Of a stretch of 64,000 bases of DNA, positions 29,018-39,905 are shown piece after piece. This stretch comes from an uncultured Gemmatimonadaceae bacterium (GTDB taxonomy: Bacteria; Gemmatimonadota; Gemmatimonadetes; Gemmatimonadales; Gemmatimonadaceae). Location: contig CAWFQK010000004.1 in assembly GCA_963817955.1 (NCBI GenBank), forward strand, positions 1,152,001-1,216,000, read 5' to 3'. Every line of letters begins with the position of its first letter. Position 1 is the first letter of the stretch. Under the pieces are notes generated by a model. The model was not told the origin of the DNA, did no database searches, and was given only the letters and a program-made list of their open reading frames with translations. Position numbers and translations under genes: made by a program.

Positions 29018-31097
29018 TCAGTCCGCCACGCCGGCCGGTGCGAGCAGCCGTGTCCCGCGTCTCGTGTCTCGTGTCCCGTGTCTCGTGTCCCGACGGGATG
29101 ACACAGACCGTATTGATGAGTATCGGCCGGATGCATCCACAGTTGAAGTGGGAGCACCGTCGGCGCGCAATTGGAAGGCTCCAATGAGGTTGTGCATGGT
29201 TGCGGCCTGGTCGGACAACGCATGCGCGGCGCTCGCCGATTGGTCGGCATTCGCGGCGACGTTCTGCGTGACGATGTTGACCTGATCGACCGCGGCGTTC
29301 ACCTGGCGAATGCCATCCGCTTGCTGCGCGGTGGCCGCGGCGATTTCGGCGACGACCTCGCCGACTTTGTGTGTCTGCTGGTTGATCGATTCAAGGTGTG
29401 CCAGTACTTCGCTATTTCGGGCGACACCGAACTCGACGCGGGCAGCGGACTCCTCCATCAGCTCCGTCGTGTGCTTGGCCGCGTCGGCGGCGCGCCTCGC
29501 CAACGCGCGGACTTCTTCCGCGACTACGGCAAAGCCCCTTCCGGCCTCGCCGGCGCGCGCTGCTTCGACCGCGGCGTTCAGCGCCAACAGATTCGTCTGG
29601 AACGCGATCTCGTCGATCGTCTTCACGACGGTGGCCGTTCGGTCGGCCGACTGCTGGATCGACAGCATCGCGGCGGTCAGGTCGTTCATGCTCGCCACAC
29701 CGGCCGACGCGCTCTCCCCCGCCTGTTGGGCCATCGTCCGCGCATCCTGCGCGTGCGAGGCCGTTCTGTCGCGTCATGGCCGAGATCTCCTGGAGCGTGG
29801 CGGCAACCTCTTCCAGCGAACTCGCCTGCTGCGTGGCGCCCTCGGAGAGCGAGTGTCCACCGGTGGCAATCTGATCGCTCGCCGCTGAGACCTGTTGCAC
29901 CGACGTGGTGACCTGGATCAAGGTGGTGCCGAGCGCGTCGGCAGTGGCGTTCATCGCGGTCTTGATGTGGGCGTGGTCGCCGCGGTAGTCGCCCTCGATG
30001 CGCGCGCGGAGGTCGCAGGCAGCCCATTTGTCTAGCACGGCGGCTGCTTCGGCCATCGGCGAGACAACCGCATCGAGCGTGTCGTTCATGCCCTGCATCA
30101 GTTCCAGGTAGGCGCCGCTGAAACCCGCCGTCTGACCTCGGGCGGACAACCGTCCCTCGCGTCCGGCCGTGGCCAATGCACGCGCCCTCTCGACGAGCGT
30201 GAAGATCGTGGTGCGCAACTTCTCAAACGCCTGTCCGAGCGAGTCCTGCGATGAGCGCACGACGACGGCCTGTGACAGATCGCCAACGCTGATTCGCGCG
30301 GCCGCCGCGGCAAGCTCGCGCTGCGACGCGATCATGGAATTGAACGACGCGCCGAGGACTGCAACCTCGTCGCGACCGGTGATCACGATAGTCTGATCGA
30401 GGTCGCCCGTCGCCAACGCGTTCGCCGCCTGAGTGAGCCGTCCCAACGGTCGGGAGATCAGTCCGGACACCCAGAAGCCAAGCGCCACCGCGATCCCGAC
30501 GGCCAGAAGACTCGTGACAATCATCATCCAACTGGCTTGTCGGGCGACCGCGGCGTTCAATTCGGCGCTGCTCTTGGCTCGCCGCAAATTGAGAACGACG
30601 AGCTGCTGGAGTGCACTGTCGGCCAGCGCGGCAGGGTTCGCCGGATCCGTGAGCGACCGCATTGCATCGTCGCGGCGTCCGGCGCGCGCCGCTTCCGCCG
30701 CCGCAATGCGATAAGGCTCGGCGCGAGCCTCCATCGCTTGGAACGCCCCGAAGGCTGTGCTGTCTTCGGCGTCGGCCAGGTTCGCACCGTACAAGCCGCT
30801 CACCGAGTCGAACCTCACCTTATACGCTGTAGACTTGGTCAATGCCGCATCGCGTTCGGCTGGCGCATCGGCGAGCACCGCGTCGCGTAACGAGACGCGC
30901 ATGGCTCTGAACGATGATTGCAGGTCGCCGGCCCACGCGACTGGCACGGTGACATGAGAGTACAGCTGGGCACCAGCCTGTTGTACGCGACGAATCTGTG
31001 TGGTCCCGATCGCGCCGACGAGGGCGGCGAGTAGTGCAAGCCCGGTATAACTGCTCCCAAGCTTTGTGCGGATCGGCAAGTTGGCGAACCACTGCAT
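29018..31097 (-). pseudogene. Methyl-accepting chemotaxis protein (4HB sensor, HAMP domains) with a frameshift near 29760
   Basis: The N-part reads to [22 protein letters not shown]; the signalling domain [37 protein letters not shown] continues in another frame. Removing one G from aacGgcctcg restores [10 protein letters not shown]. Confidence 0.85.
29050..29091. repeat. Heptamer G(T/C)GTC(C/T)C x6
   Basis: Lies in the MCP 3' tail, near the convergent junction with the permease. Confidence 0.8.
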
Positions 31098-31306
31098 GGT
31101 CTAGCCCCGAATGAATGAGAGCAGTATTCAGTACATTGCCTCGCGGGCGAAGGCTCGAGAGATGTCAGAGCACGCTACCGCGATCGGACACGCAACCGGC
31201 GCGTCCGTGCATGAGAATCGGCCGATCTTTTGTGCAGCAGCTTACAGCGAGCTAAAATCCTGCTCACAGTTTTGTGAGACTCGGCCCCACTTTCTCGCAC
31301 TGGTTC

Positions 31307-31993
31307 ATGAGAATTCTGGTCATCGACGACGACGAGACAGTATCGCGCTGGGTCGCGAAGGTGCTGACCGAAGCCGATCACGCGGTCGACATCGCATTGA
31401 CTGCGGAGGCAGGGCGTACGCTCGCGCTGTCGATGGACTACGATCTCGCTCTGGTCGATCTCGAGCTGCCAGACGGGAGCGGGCTGAGCGTCATTCACGA
31501 GATCCGTCGTGGCGGCAAATCCATGCCTATCATCATCATCAGTGCTCGCGCGGATGACGAAGGCACCATCGCCGGGCTCGATGCCGGCGCCGACGACTAC
31601 CTTATAAAGCCAGTCGCGAACGGGGTGCTGCGGGCACGAGTTCGTGCCGCGCTTCGACGCGGTGGGGCGACGACCATGGACGCGCTGATCGTTGGCGAGC
31701 TGGAGATGGACCGCCTCCACCACGTGGTCCGCGCCCGCGGCAATCCACTCACCGTCAGTCCCACGGAGTACCGCTTGCTCGAACATTTCATGCTGCGCCC
31801 GGAGCAGATGGTCACACGGTCCGATCTGCTCGAGCGTGTGTGGCACATTCAATTCGACACGCAGACGAACGTGGTGGACACCACCGTGAGCCGACTGCGG
31901 CAAAAGCTGAGCGCAGCCGTAACGACGCCGCACCTCCGCACGGAGCGCCGTGTCGGCTATGTACTCACGAGCGTGCTGGCAACCGGATGCTGA
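31307..31993 (+). CDS. OmpR/PhoB family response regulator
   Basis: MRILVIDDD, DLELPDGSG, GADDYLIKP, EYRLL and NVVDTTVSRLRQKL. Confidence 0.95.
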   Translation: MRILVIDDDETVSRWVAKVLTEADHAVDIALTAEAGRTLALSMDYDLALVDLELPDGSGLSVIHEIRRGGKSMPIIIISARADDEGTIAGLDAGADDYLIKPVANGVLRARVRAALRRGGATTMDALIVGELEMDRLHHVVRARGNPLTVSPTEYRLLEHFMLRPEQMVTRSDLLERVWHIQFDTQTNVVDTTVSRLRQKLSAAVTTPHLRTERRVGYVLTSVLATGC

Positions 31994-34311
31994 TTCCCTT
32001 TCTCGTCGCGTTCCAGCTCGCCGCGAGCGCGCCGTCGCCGTCGCCGTCGGCGTCGGCGTCGGCGTCCCCCGTCTACAACGGCCGCGCCGGACAGATCACG
32101 CTGGCACCGCCAAAGATCCAGGCCGACGTCACTATCGACGGACGACTCGACGAGCCCGTGTGGCAGCAAGCGGCGCTGCTCACGGGGTTTTCGCTGTACC
32201 ACCCGGCCGACGGCCGCCCGGCGCCCGACTCTACAGAGGTGCGCGTCTGGTATTCGGCAGATGCGATCTATTTCGGCGTTCGCGCCTTTCAATCCAAAGG
32301 CAGCGTGTCGGCCACGCTTGCCGATCGCGACCGGGTGAGCGCCGATGACAACGTCGAGATTCATCTCGACACGTTCGATGAGCGCAATCGCGCGCTGGTA
32401 TTCATCGTCAACCCGCTGGGCGTGCAGGCCGACGGCACAAAGAGCGAAGCGGGCGGATTCATTCCCGGCTCGAACGTCGAGCCAGGGCAGAACGATCTGA
32501 GCGCCGACTTTGTCTGGCAATCCAAGGGACACGTCGAGGACTGGGGATACGAGGTGGAGATCCGCATTCCGTTCAACAGTCTGCGCTATCGGTCCGCCGC
32601 GGTGCAGCGCTGGGGTATCCAGATCGATCGCCATGTCCAGCACAGTGGATACGAAGAGACATGGACACCGGCCATACGCGCGTCAGCATCGTTCATCTCG
32701 CAAGCGGGGCGGCTCACGGATCTCCACGGTCTGCAGCACGGCCAGCTCGTCGAGCTGAATCCGGAGGTGACGAACACGGTGAACGGGAGTCCCTGCTGCG
32801 CCACGACACCAGGATGGACCTATAAGGCGGATCCGCAGGTCGGTGGTAATCTGCGTTGGACGATGGGAAGTAACGCGGTGCTGAACGGCACGGTGCGTCC
32901 CGACTTCTCGCAAGTGGAGGCAGACGCAACGCAGATCGCGGCGGATGAGCGGTTCGCGCTGTTCTACCCGGAGAAGCGCCCATTCTTCGTCGAGGCGCTC
33001 GACCAGTTCAACGTGCCAAACACACTCGTCTACACGCGCACCATCGTGCGTCCCGACGCCGCGCTCAAGCTCACCGGCAAGGTCGGACGCGCCGACGTCG
33101 CGCTGCTGTCGGCACTCGACGAAGCACCGTCGGCCAACGGATCTGGTAAGCCGATGGCGGACATCGTCCGGCTGGCTCAGAACTTTGGCGAACAGTCGTT
33201 GGCAGGTCTGTTGTACAGCGACCGCGTCAGCAACGGGCGGACAAACCGGCTCCTTGGCGGCGACACGCACATCGTGTTCGGCGGAAAGTATTTCGCGCAG
33301 TTCCAGCTCGCCGAATCGATGACAGATACCAACGGCGCGACACAACGCGGACCAATGTGGGAAGCCGTGCTCGATGGAACGGGACGCAGCTTTGGCTTCC
33401 ATTACAACGTGATCGGCATCGACAAGGACTTCCGCGCCGACAACGGCTTCGTTCCGCGCACCGGGTTCGTAGAGCCGAACGCCTCCAATCGCTACACATG
33501 GTACGGGCAGCCGGGCGCAGTCGTCGAGCGGTTCAACGTGTTCGGCACGGTAACCGGCCTGTGGAACTACGGTGATTTCTTCAGCGCTCGCAGTCTGCTC
33601 GAGGACAAGGCATCGGCGGCAATGGAGCTCACGGTACGCGGCGGCTGGAGCGTGGGCGTTACGCCGAAAATTTCCACATACGCGTTCGATCCAAGCGCGT
33701 ACACCTTCACGCCCAACAACCGCGTAGAAACGCTCACGAGCCAGTTCAGCATCTCGACACCGCAGTTCCAGAAGTTCGCCGCGTCGGCAGAAGCGACGAC
33801 GGGCAACGACGTGGATTTCATCGAGACCTCGCGCGTGCGGCGGATGGACTACAGCGCGTCCCTCGACCTGCGTCCGAGCTCACGCCTCCGCGTGAGCGCG
33901 ACGTACGTGAGTAGCGCGCTGACGCGCCGGATCGACGGCGAGCTGTCCACGTTCACGCGGATCCCACGGCTCAAGATAGAGTACCAGCTCGCCCGCCCGG
34001 TGTTCGTGCGGGTCGTGTCCCAGTACACCGCCACCAACCGGGAACCGCTGCGGGATCCGCATACGGGACAGATCCTCCTGCTGGGGCCATCCCAGACGCC
34101 GTCGACGCAGAGCTCGAGCAACATCCTGCGCACGGATTGGCTGTTCTCGTACCGGCCGGCGCCGGGCACGGTGTTCTTCCTCGGCTACGGCGGCAGTCTC
34201 GACGAACCGGATCCCTTGGCGTTTCAACGACTGCGCCGGACGAGCGATTCGTTCTTCGTGAAAGCATCCTACGTCTTTCGGATGCCTATTCCGGCAGGCG
34301 GAGCGGAGTAG
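31987..34311 (+). CDS. CBM9-like / DUF5916 outer-membrane-type protein
   Basis: IDGRLDEPVW, F.VNPLGVQAD, EIRIPFNSLRY, PDFSQVEAD and EKRPFF; beta-strand-rich C-terminus (FFVKASYVF). Confidence 0.85.
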   Translation: MLIPFLVAFQLAASAPSPSPSASASASPVYNGRAGQITLAPPKIQADVTIDGRLDEPVWQQAALLTGFSLYHPADGRPAPDSTEVRVWYSADAIYFGVRAFQSKGSVSATLADRDRVSADDNVEIHLDTFDERNRALVFIVNPLGVQADGTKSEAGGFIPGSNVEPGQNDLSADFVWQSKGHVEDWGYEVEIRIPFNSLRYRSAAVQRWGIQIDRHVQHSGYEETWTPAIRASASFISQAGRLTDLHGLQHGQLVELNPEVTNTVNGSPCCATTPGWTYKADPQVGGNLRWTMGSNAVLNGTVRPDFSQVEADATQIAADERFALFYPEKRPFFVEALDQFNVPNTLVYTRTIVRPDAALKLTGKVGRADVALLSALDEAPSANGSGKPMADIVRLAQNFGEQSLAGLLYSDRVSNGRTNRLLGGDTHIVFGGKYFAQFQLAESMTDTNGATQRGPMWEAVLDGTGRSFGFHYNVIGIDKDFRADNGFVPRTGFVEPNASNRYTWYGQPGAVVERFNVFGTVTGLWNYGDFFSARSLLEDKASAAMELTVRGGWSVGVTPKISTYAFDPSAYTFTPNNRVETLTSQFSISTPQFQKFAASAEATTGNDVDFIETSRVRRMDYSASLDLRPSSRLRVSATYVSSALTRRIDGELSTFTRIPRLKIEYQLARPVFVRVVSQYTATNREPLRDPHTGQILLLGPSQTPSTQSSSNILRTDWLFSYRPAPGTVFFLGYGGSLDEPDPLAFQRLRRTSDSFFVKASYVFRMPIPAGGAE

Positions 34312-34345
34312 AGAACGGCTCCAGTCCAATGCACGGAGGCGTCGG

Positions 34346-34954
34346 TTACATGTACTTCCAGTTTCGCGGCTTCCCTTCGGACATCCATTCGATGGCCTGT
34401 GCGAGTCGGCGCGCGCGCGTGTCCTCGCCTTTGGCGCTGGCGATCCATTCAACGTACTCACGCTTTTGGCTCGGAGGGAAGCTCTCAAAGGTGGCGTGAG
34501 CCTTCTTGTTCTTGCTGAGCGCCGAAAGGAAATACGCCGGAATCTCGGTCGGCTTCTTCGCCCGCTTCGCCTGGTTCGTCCGTTTCGCTGGGACCGCAAC
34601 GGTGCCGCCGACCTCGTTGAGCGCCATCAGCTGCTTCACCCAGCCGGTAAACACTTTCTTTGATGGAAGATCGGATACCGTCGTCAGGCGGCCGAGCTGC
34701 CCCATCGCCTCGTTGTTCGCCGCATCGCCCACCACGCGACTTCCTTTCCAGAACGTTACCGTTGCGTGATGCTTGAAGCCGGCCATCATGCAGAGAATGC
34801 CGTGATACATGAACGCCGGCATGCCCCACTTGACCGTTTCCTCACAATCGGGACAGGCCAGGTGTACGCGCGCGCGAACTTCCAGGAGGATCGGCTTGGC
34901 GAAGTCGGCGGAGGTGGCGATGTACGCGTCGATGCGCTTATCGGTCTTCGGCAT
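34346..34954 (-). CDS. DUF1801 / YdeI-OmpD-associated family protein
   Basis: IDAYI, EETVKWGMP and REYVEWIASAK..TRARR. Confidence 0.9.
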   Translation of the reverse strand: MPKTDKRIDAYIATSADFAKPILLEVRARVHLACPDCEETVKWGMPAFMYHGILCMMAGFKHHATVTFWKGSRVVGDAANNEAMGQLGRLTTVSDLPSKKVFTGWVKQLMALNEVGGTVAVPAKRTNQAKRAKKPTEIPAYFLSALSKNKKAHATFESFPPSQKREYVEWIASAKGEDTRARRLAQAIEWMSEGKPRNWKYM

Positions 34955-34960
34955 GTCCGC

Positions 34961-37024
34961 TCACCAGATGCGCGGTGTGACCGAGGCGGGCCGTACCATC
35001 GGATCTCCAGCCTTGCAGCCGAAGGCGGCGGCAAATGCCGGGATGTTCGACAGCGGGCCGTTCACGCGCCAGCGCTCCGGCGCGTGTGGATCGACGGTGA
35101 CACGGTTCTTCATCGCCTCGGGCCGCGTGTGGCTGCGCCAGCTCTGCGCGTAGGAGACGAAGAAGCGTTGTTCGGGCGTGAGCCCGTCGATCGCGCCAGG
35201 CCGGCCGTTGCGTTTGAGCGCGAGCTGCAGCGCATCGTACGCCGTGAGCAATCCGCCGTAGTCGGCAATGTTCTCACCGAGCGTGAGTTTGCCGTTCACG
35301 TGGAAGGTGTCGATCTGCACGTACCCGTTGAACTGATCCACCACTTTCTGCGCTTCCTGAGTGAAGTGAACGGAATCGCTCGACGTCCACCAGTCGCGCA
35401 GGTTGCCCTTGGCGTCGAAGTGCCGACCCTCGTCGTCGAAACCATGCGTCAGCTCGTGCCCCGCCCAGCTTCCGCCGAGCGAACCGTAGTTGGCCGCATC
35501 GTCGGCTTTGGGGTCGAACGTCTGCGGCGCGAGTGCGCCGGCAGGAAAGACCATCTCATTCTTGGTCGGGTCGTAGTATGCGTTCACCGTGGGCACGGTC
35601 ATGTCCCATTCCGTCAGATCGACCTTCGCGCCCGGCCGGTTGATCGTGCGCTTCCACTCGAATGCACTGGCGCGCGCCACGTTGAGGACGAACGGTCCTT
35701 CAACCGACTCGAGCTTGGAGTAATCCCGCCAGGTGTCGGGGTACCCAACCTTCTCGTGCATCAGCGACAGCTTCGTGAGCGCCTGCTTCTTGGTCGTGTC
35801 CGACATCCAGTCGAGTTTGCGAACACGTTGCCCGAACGCGGTGCGGATGTCGTCGATCAACGCCTTGGCACGCGCCCGCGCCGCGGGCGGAAAGGTCTTG
35901 GCAACGTACGCCTGGCCAAGCGCTTCACCGATCATATTGTCGGTGGTCTGGAGACAGCGCTTCCATCGCGGCAGCAGCATTTTTGCGCCGGTAAAGCGTG
36001 ACGAGAACGAGAAGTTTTCGTTGACGAACGGACTGCTCAACCAGGGCGATGCGTCGGAGATGGCGTGATAGCGCAGGTACGATTTCCAGTCGTCGATCGG
36101 CGTCTGCGTCACCAGAGCGTCGAGCCGCTTGAAGAAGTCAGGTTCGGCGACGTTGACCTTCTTCACCGGCACGGAGAGCCCGACGTCGTGGAAGTACGCG
36201 ACCCAATCGACGTTCGGCGTCATTGCGTGAAACTGCGCGAGCGCCATCGGGTGGTCCGCGGCGGAAGGGTCGCGGCGAGCGACGCGCTCCATCGATGCCT
36301 TGGCGAGCTCGGTCTCGAGCGCGAGAATGCGTCCAGCCTGCGCACGCGCTCGCGCCGCATCGGCGCCGGCCAGTGTCAGCAAACGCGTGATGTGCTCCAC
36401 GTAGGCGGTGCGCATGGAGTCGGACGCCGGGTCGGTCTTGAGGTAGTAGTCGCGATCGGGCATGCCCAATCCCCCGCGGTCGAAGCCGCCGAGGTAGTGC
36501 GCAGCGTCATGGATATCGACGCCGGCGCCGTAGGAGAATGCGACGTCCGCCCCCTCCATCTGGAGAACAGCGATCTCGTGCAATAGCGAGGCGCGAGAGT
36601 CGATGGCGTCAATCGCGCCGAGCGTCGGCGTGAGCGGCGTGATGCCCGCCTGCTCGGCGGCCGTCGAATCCATGCACGAACCGTAGAACGTGCCGAGCTT
36701 GCGCTCTGTACTCTGCGCCGGAAGCGACCTGCGCTTTGCCATCGCCTCGTCGAGCACCGAGCGCACGACGAGCTGATTGCGGTCGCTCATGTCGCGCCCA
36801 ACACCCGACGATGCATACGCGGCTGGGATGGTGTCGCGCGCAAGCCAGGTGCCGTCGGCGAAATCAAAAAAGTCCGTGCAGGCATTGGCCGACCGATTCA
36901 TGTACTGCGGATCGATGACCTTGAGCGGCAGTAGGGGCGGCGCCGCTGCCGGGGCACGCTGGGCGCGGGCTATCACGGGGACGGCGAGCAGGGTCAGAAG
37001 AAGTGCCAGAGTCGAGCGGCGCAT
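34961..37024 (-). CDS. M13 family metallopeptidase (neprilysin/PepO-like)
   Basis: C.DFF.FA.G.W, VNAYY, HELTHGFDD, GENIAD and DPHAP. Confidence 0.95.
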   Translation of the reverse strand: MRRSTLALLLTLLAVPVIARAQRAPAAAPPLLPLKVIDPQYMNRSANACTDFFDFADGTWLARDTIPAAYASSGVGRDMSDRNQLVVRSVLDEAMAKRRSLPAQSTERKLGTFYGSCMDSTAAEQAGITPLTPTLGAIDAIDSRASLLHEIAVLQMEGADVAFSYGAGVDIHDAAHYLGGFDRGGLGMPDRDYYLKTDPASDSMRTAYVEHITRLLTLAGADAARARAQAGRILALETELAKASMERVARRDPSAADHPMALAQFHAMTPNVDWVAYFHDVGLSVPVKKVNVAEPDFFKRLDALVTQTPIDDWKSYLRYHAISDASPWLSSPFVNENFSFSSRFTGAKMLLPRWKRCLQTTDNMIGEALGQAYVAKTFPPAARARAKALIDDIRTAFGQRVRKLDWMSDTTKKQALTKLSLMHEKVGYPDTWRDYSKLESVEGPFVLNVARASAFEWKRTINRPGAKVDLTEWDMTVPTVNAYYDPTKNEMVFPAGALAPQTFDPKADDAANYGSLGGSWAGHELTHGFDDEGRHFDAKGNLRDWWTSSDSVHFTQEAQKVVDQFNGYVQIDTFHVNGKLTLGENIADYGGLLTAYDALQLALKRNGRPGAIDGLTPEQRFFVSYAQSWRSHTRPEAMKNRVTVDPHAPERWRVNGPLSNIPAFAAAFGCKAGDPMVRPASVTPRIW

Positions 37025-37176
37025 GGGCGAGGCGGAATGGGGATTTTGAGCGTGCACCTTCAATATGGTGCCGGGCGGCGCGGTGCGGGGAGATCCGAGC
37101 TCGCGGACCCTGGTCCTGGTGCGAATTCGTACCCTATCGATAGGTTCAGACTGCTGTCACTCGCACCCGAACGATC

Positions 37177-38823
37177 ATGACGATCCGCACCATCCTCGCA
37201 ACGCTGATCTGGATCCCGGCCCTCGTCCTCGGTCAGGATTCGGCCAAGAAGACCTTCACCCATGCCGACACGCTGCGTGGGAGCAACGGTCCCGGACGCG
37301 TGTGGTGGGACGCGTCGTTCTATGACTTGCATGTCACGGTCATACCGGCCGACAGCAGCATTCGCGGGCATAACGCCATTCGATATCGCGTGCTCAAACC
37401 GGCGAAAGAGATGCAGATCGATCTCCAGGTGCCGCTCGAGGTAGATAGCGTAGTGCAGGACGGGCGCCAGCTCGTGTATCGTCGCGACGGCAATGCCTTC
37501 TTCGTCTCGCTCACCGCACCACAGCCCAAGGGCGCGTACAAGACGCTCGCCGTCTACTACCATGGCAAGCCACGCGCAGCCAAACGGCCGCCGTGGGATG
37601 GTGGCTTCATCTGGCAACACGATAGTTTGGGCAACCGCTGGATCGCGACGGCGAACGAAGGACTTGGCGCAAGCGTCTGGTGGCCCACCAAGGACTATCT
37701 CGCCGACGAGCCGGACAGCCAACGCGTGGCGATCACCGTGCCGGACTCCATGATCGACGTATCGAATGGGCGACTGCGTGCCACGACGCACAACGCGGAC
37801 GGCACGACGACGTTCGAGTGGTTCGTCGCCGATCCGATCAACACCTACGATGTCGAGGTGAACGCCGGGCAATACGCGCATTTCGGCGACGTCTACAACG
37901 GCGAAAAGGGCAAGCTGACGATGGATTTCTGGCCGCTCGCGTATCACGTCGATACGGCGCGCAAGCAGTTCGCGCAGGCGGTGCCAATGATGAAGTGCTT
38001 CGAGCATTGGTTTGGCCCGTATCCGTGGTACGCGGACGGCTACAAGCTGATCGAGGCGCCGCATCTCGGCATGGAGCATCAGAGCGGCGTGGCGTACGGC
38101 AACCGGTACAAGAATGGCTACATGGGGCGCGATCTCTCCGGCACAGGTTGGGGAATGAAGTGGGACTTCATCATCGTGCACGAGAGCGCGCACGAGTGGT
38201 GGGGGAACAGCATCACGGTGAAGGACCCGGCGGACATGTGGGTGCACGAGAGCTTCGCGAACTACGCCGAGGGACTGTACACCGAGTGCCAGGATGGCAA
38301 ACAAGCGGGCGCCGAGTACATCATCGGGAGCCGACGCAACATCAGGAACGACGCGCCCATCATTGGCCATTACGGGGTGAATTCCGAGGGCTCGGGTGAC
38401 ATGTACTACAAGGGCGGCAGCATGCTCCACCTCATCCGCCAGCTCATCGGCAACGACGAGAAGTGGCGGGCCATCCTGCGCGGACTGCAGTCGACGTTCG
38501 GGCACCAGACGGTGACCGGCGCCCAGGTGGAGGCGTACATCAGCACCCGCTCAGGACTGCCCCTGCGCCTGGTCTTCGATCAATACCTGCGGACGACGAT
38601 GATACCTGTTCTTGAATACCGTCGTGCTGATGGCCGCCTGGCATACCGTTGGAGCAACGTCGTGCCGGGGTTTGCGATGCCCGTACAGGTGGCGATTGGC
38701 TCGCGCGCCGCCTGGCTCAAGCCAACGACCACGTGGAAGACGTACCCGCAGCCGGTGGCCGCGGAGGATTCGATCGTAGTGAGTCGAGATTTTCTCGTGC
38801 AGGAAAAGCAGATCACGCCCTGA
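37177..38823 (+). CDS. M1 family aminopeptidase, secreted
   Basis: GMEHQ, HESAHEWWGN...WVHESF and YYKG. Confidence 0.93.
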   Translation: MTIRTILATLIWIPALVLGQDSAKKTFTHADTLRGSNGPGRVWWDASFYDLHVTVIPADSSIRGHNAIRYRVLKPAKEMQIDLQVPLEVDSVVQDGRQLVYRRDGNAFFVSLTAPQPKGAYKTLAVYYHGKPRAAKRPPWDGGFIWQHDSLGNRWIATANEGLGASVWWPTKDYLADEPDSQRVAITVPDSMIDVSNGRLRATTHNADGTTTFEWFVADPINTYDVEVNAGQYAHFGDVYNGEKGKLTMDFWPLAYHVDTARKQFAQAVPMMKCFEHWFGPYPWYADGYKLIEAPHLGMEHQSGVAYGNRYKNGYMGRDLSGTGWGMKWDFIIVHESAHEWWGNSITVKDPADMWVHESFANYAEGLYTECQDGKQAGAEYIIGSRRNIRNDAPIIGHYGVNSEGSGDMYYKGGSMLHLIRQLIGNDEKWRAILRGLQSTFGHQTVTGAQVEAYISTRSGLPLRLVFDQYLRTTMIPVLEYRRADGRLAYRWSNVVPGFAMPVQVAIGSRAAWLKPTTTWKTYPQPVAAEDSIVVSRDFLVQEKQITP

Positions 38824-38826
38824 TCC

Positions 38827-39870
38827 ATGTCTGCCACTCGCCGACTACTCGGACTCGCGTTGCTCCTGGCGGCGGAGCCCCGCCCCGCTGCTGGCCAGAA
38901 GCTGGAGGCGCTATGGTACTCGACCGACGGCGAAGGGAGCACGCAGAGCTTCCTCGCGCACGCCGATCAGATCTCGATCGTGTCGCCACAGGTGTTTTCC
39001 ATCGATAGCCTCGGCGTCATCTGGGGCAAGGTTGATCCGCGCGTGGTGGCAAGGGCGCGAGAGAAAGGCGTTCAGGTCGTGCCGCTGGTGATGAACCCGG
39101 GGTTTGATCAGCCCACCATTCATCGCATTCTCACCGTCGCCGACGCCCGGCATCGGGCGATCGAGAACCTCGTCGCGCTCTGCCGCGACAATCATTTCGA
39201 CGGCATTCAGTTCGACATCGAGAATGTCAACGTCGCCGATCGGGATGCCTTGACGAGCTTCATGCGCGCATCTGCCGAGGCGCTGCACCGGGTGAATTGT
39301 TCGGTGTCGGCGGCGGTGGTGCCGCGCAGCGGCGAGTTTCCCGGTTCGACGAGCTACCATCGCTGGATCTACGAGAACTGGCGCGGGGCGTACGATTACA
39401 AGGCGTTGGCCGACGCGCTGGACTTCATCTCCTTCATGACGTACGCGCAGCACACCGGCGGAACGCCGCCTGGGCCAGTGGCGGCGTATCCATGGATGGA
39501 GGACGCGCTCAAGTACGTGCTCGCACTTGGCGTCGCACCATCGAAAATCTCGCTCGGCCTGGCCGCCTACTCTGACTGGTGGTATCCGGTCTTCGAGCCG
39601 GCCACCGGCCCACGCATGCGCGGGAGCGACATCTCGTACGCCGTCGCGACGGGACTACTCGCCAAGCATGGCGTGCAGCCGATCTGGGACGATCGCGACA
39701 AGTCGCCATACGCCTTCTGGAGTGAGGACGGCGTGAACGAGTTTCTATGGATGGAGGACGCGCGCGCCTTCGCCGCGAAGCTGGCGCTGGTGCGCACCTA
39801 CAAGCTGCGCGGGTATTCCGTATGGGTCCTCGGACTCGAGGACCCGGCGGTGTGGACGTTGCGGAAGTGA
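38827..39870 (+). CDS. Glycoside hydrolase family 18 (YaaH/SleL-like)
   Basis: FDGIQFDIE (DxxxDxE), MTY, SKISLG and GYSVWVLGLED. Confidence 0.9.
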   Translation: MSATRRLLGLALLLAAEPRPAAGQKLEALWYSTDGEGSTQSFLAHADQISIVSPQVFSIDSLGVIWGKVDPRVVARAREKGVQVVPLVMNPGFDQPTIHRILTVADARHRAIENLVALCRDNHFDGIQFDIENVNVADRDALTSFMRASAEALHRVNCSVSAAVVPRSGEFPGSTSYHRWIYENWRGAYDYKALADALDFISFMTYAQHTGGTPPGPVAAYPWMEDALKYVLALGVAPSKISLGLAAYSDWWYPVFEPATGPRMRGSDISYAVATGLLAKHGVQPIWDDRDKSPYAFWSEDGVNEFLWMEDARAFAAKLALVRTYKLRGYSVWVLGLEDPAVWTLRK

Positions 39871-39905
39871 ATGGAGAGGGGGATTCCAACCGAGCCCCCC
39901 CGTGT

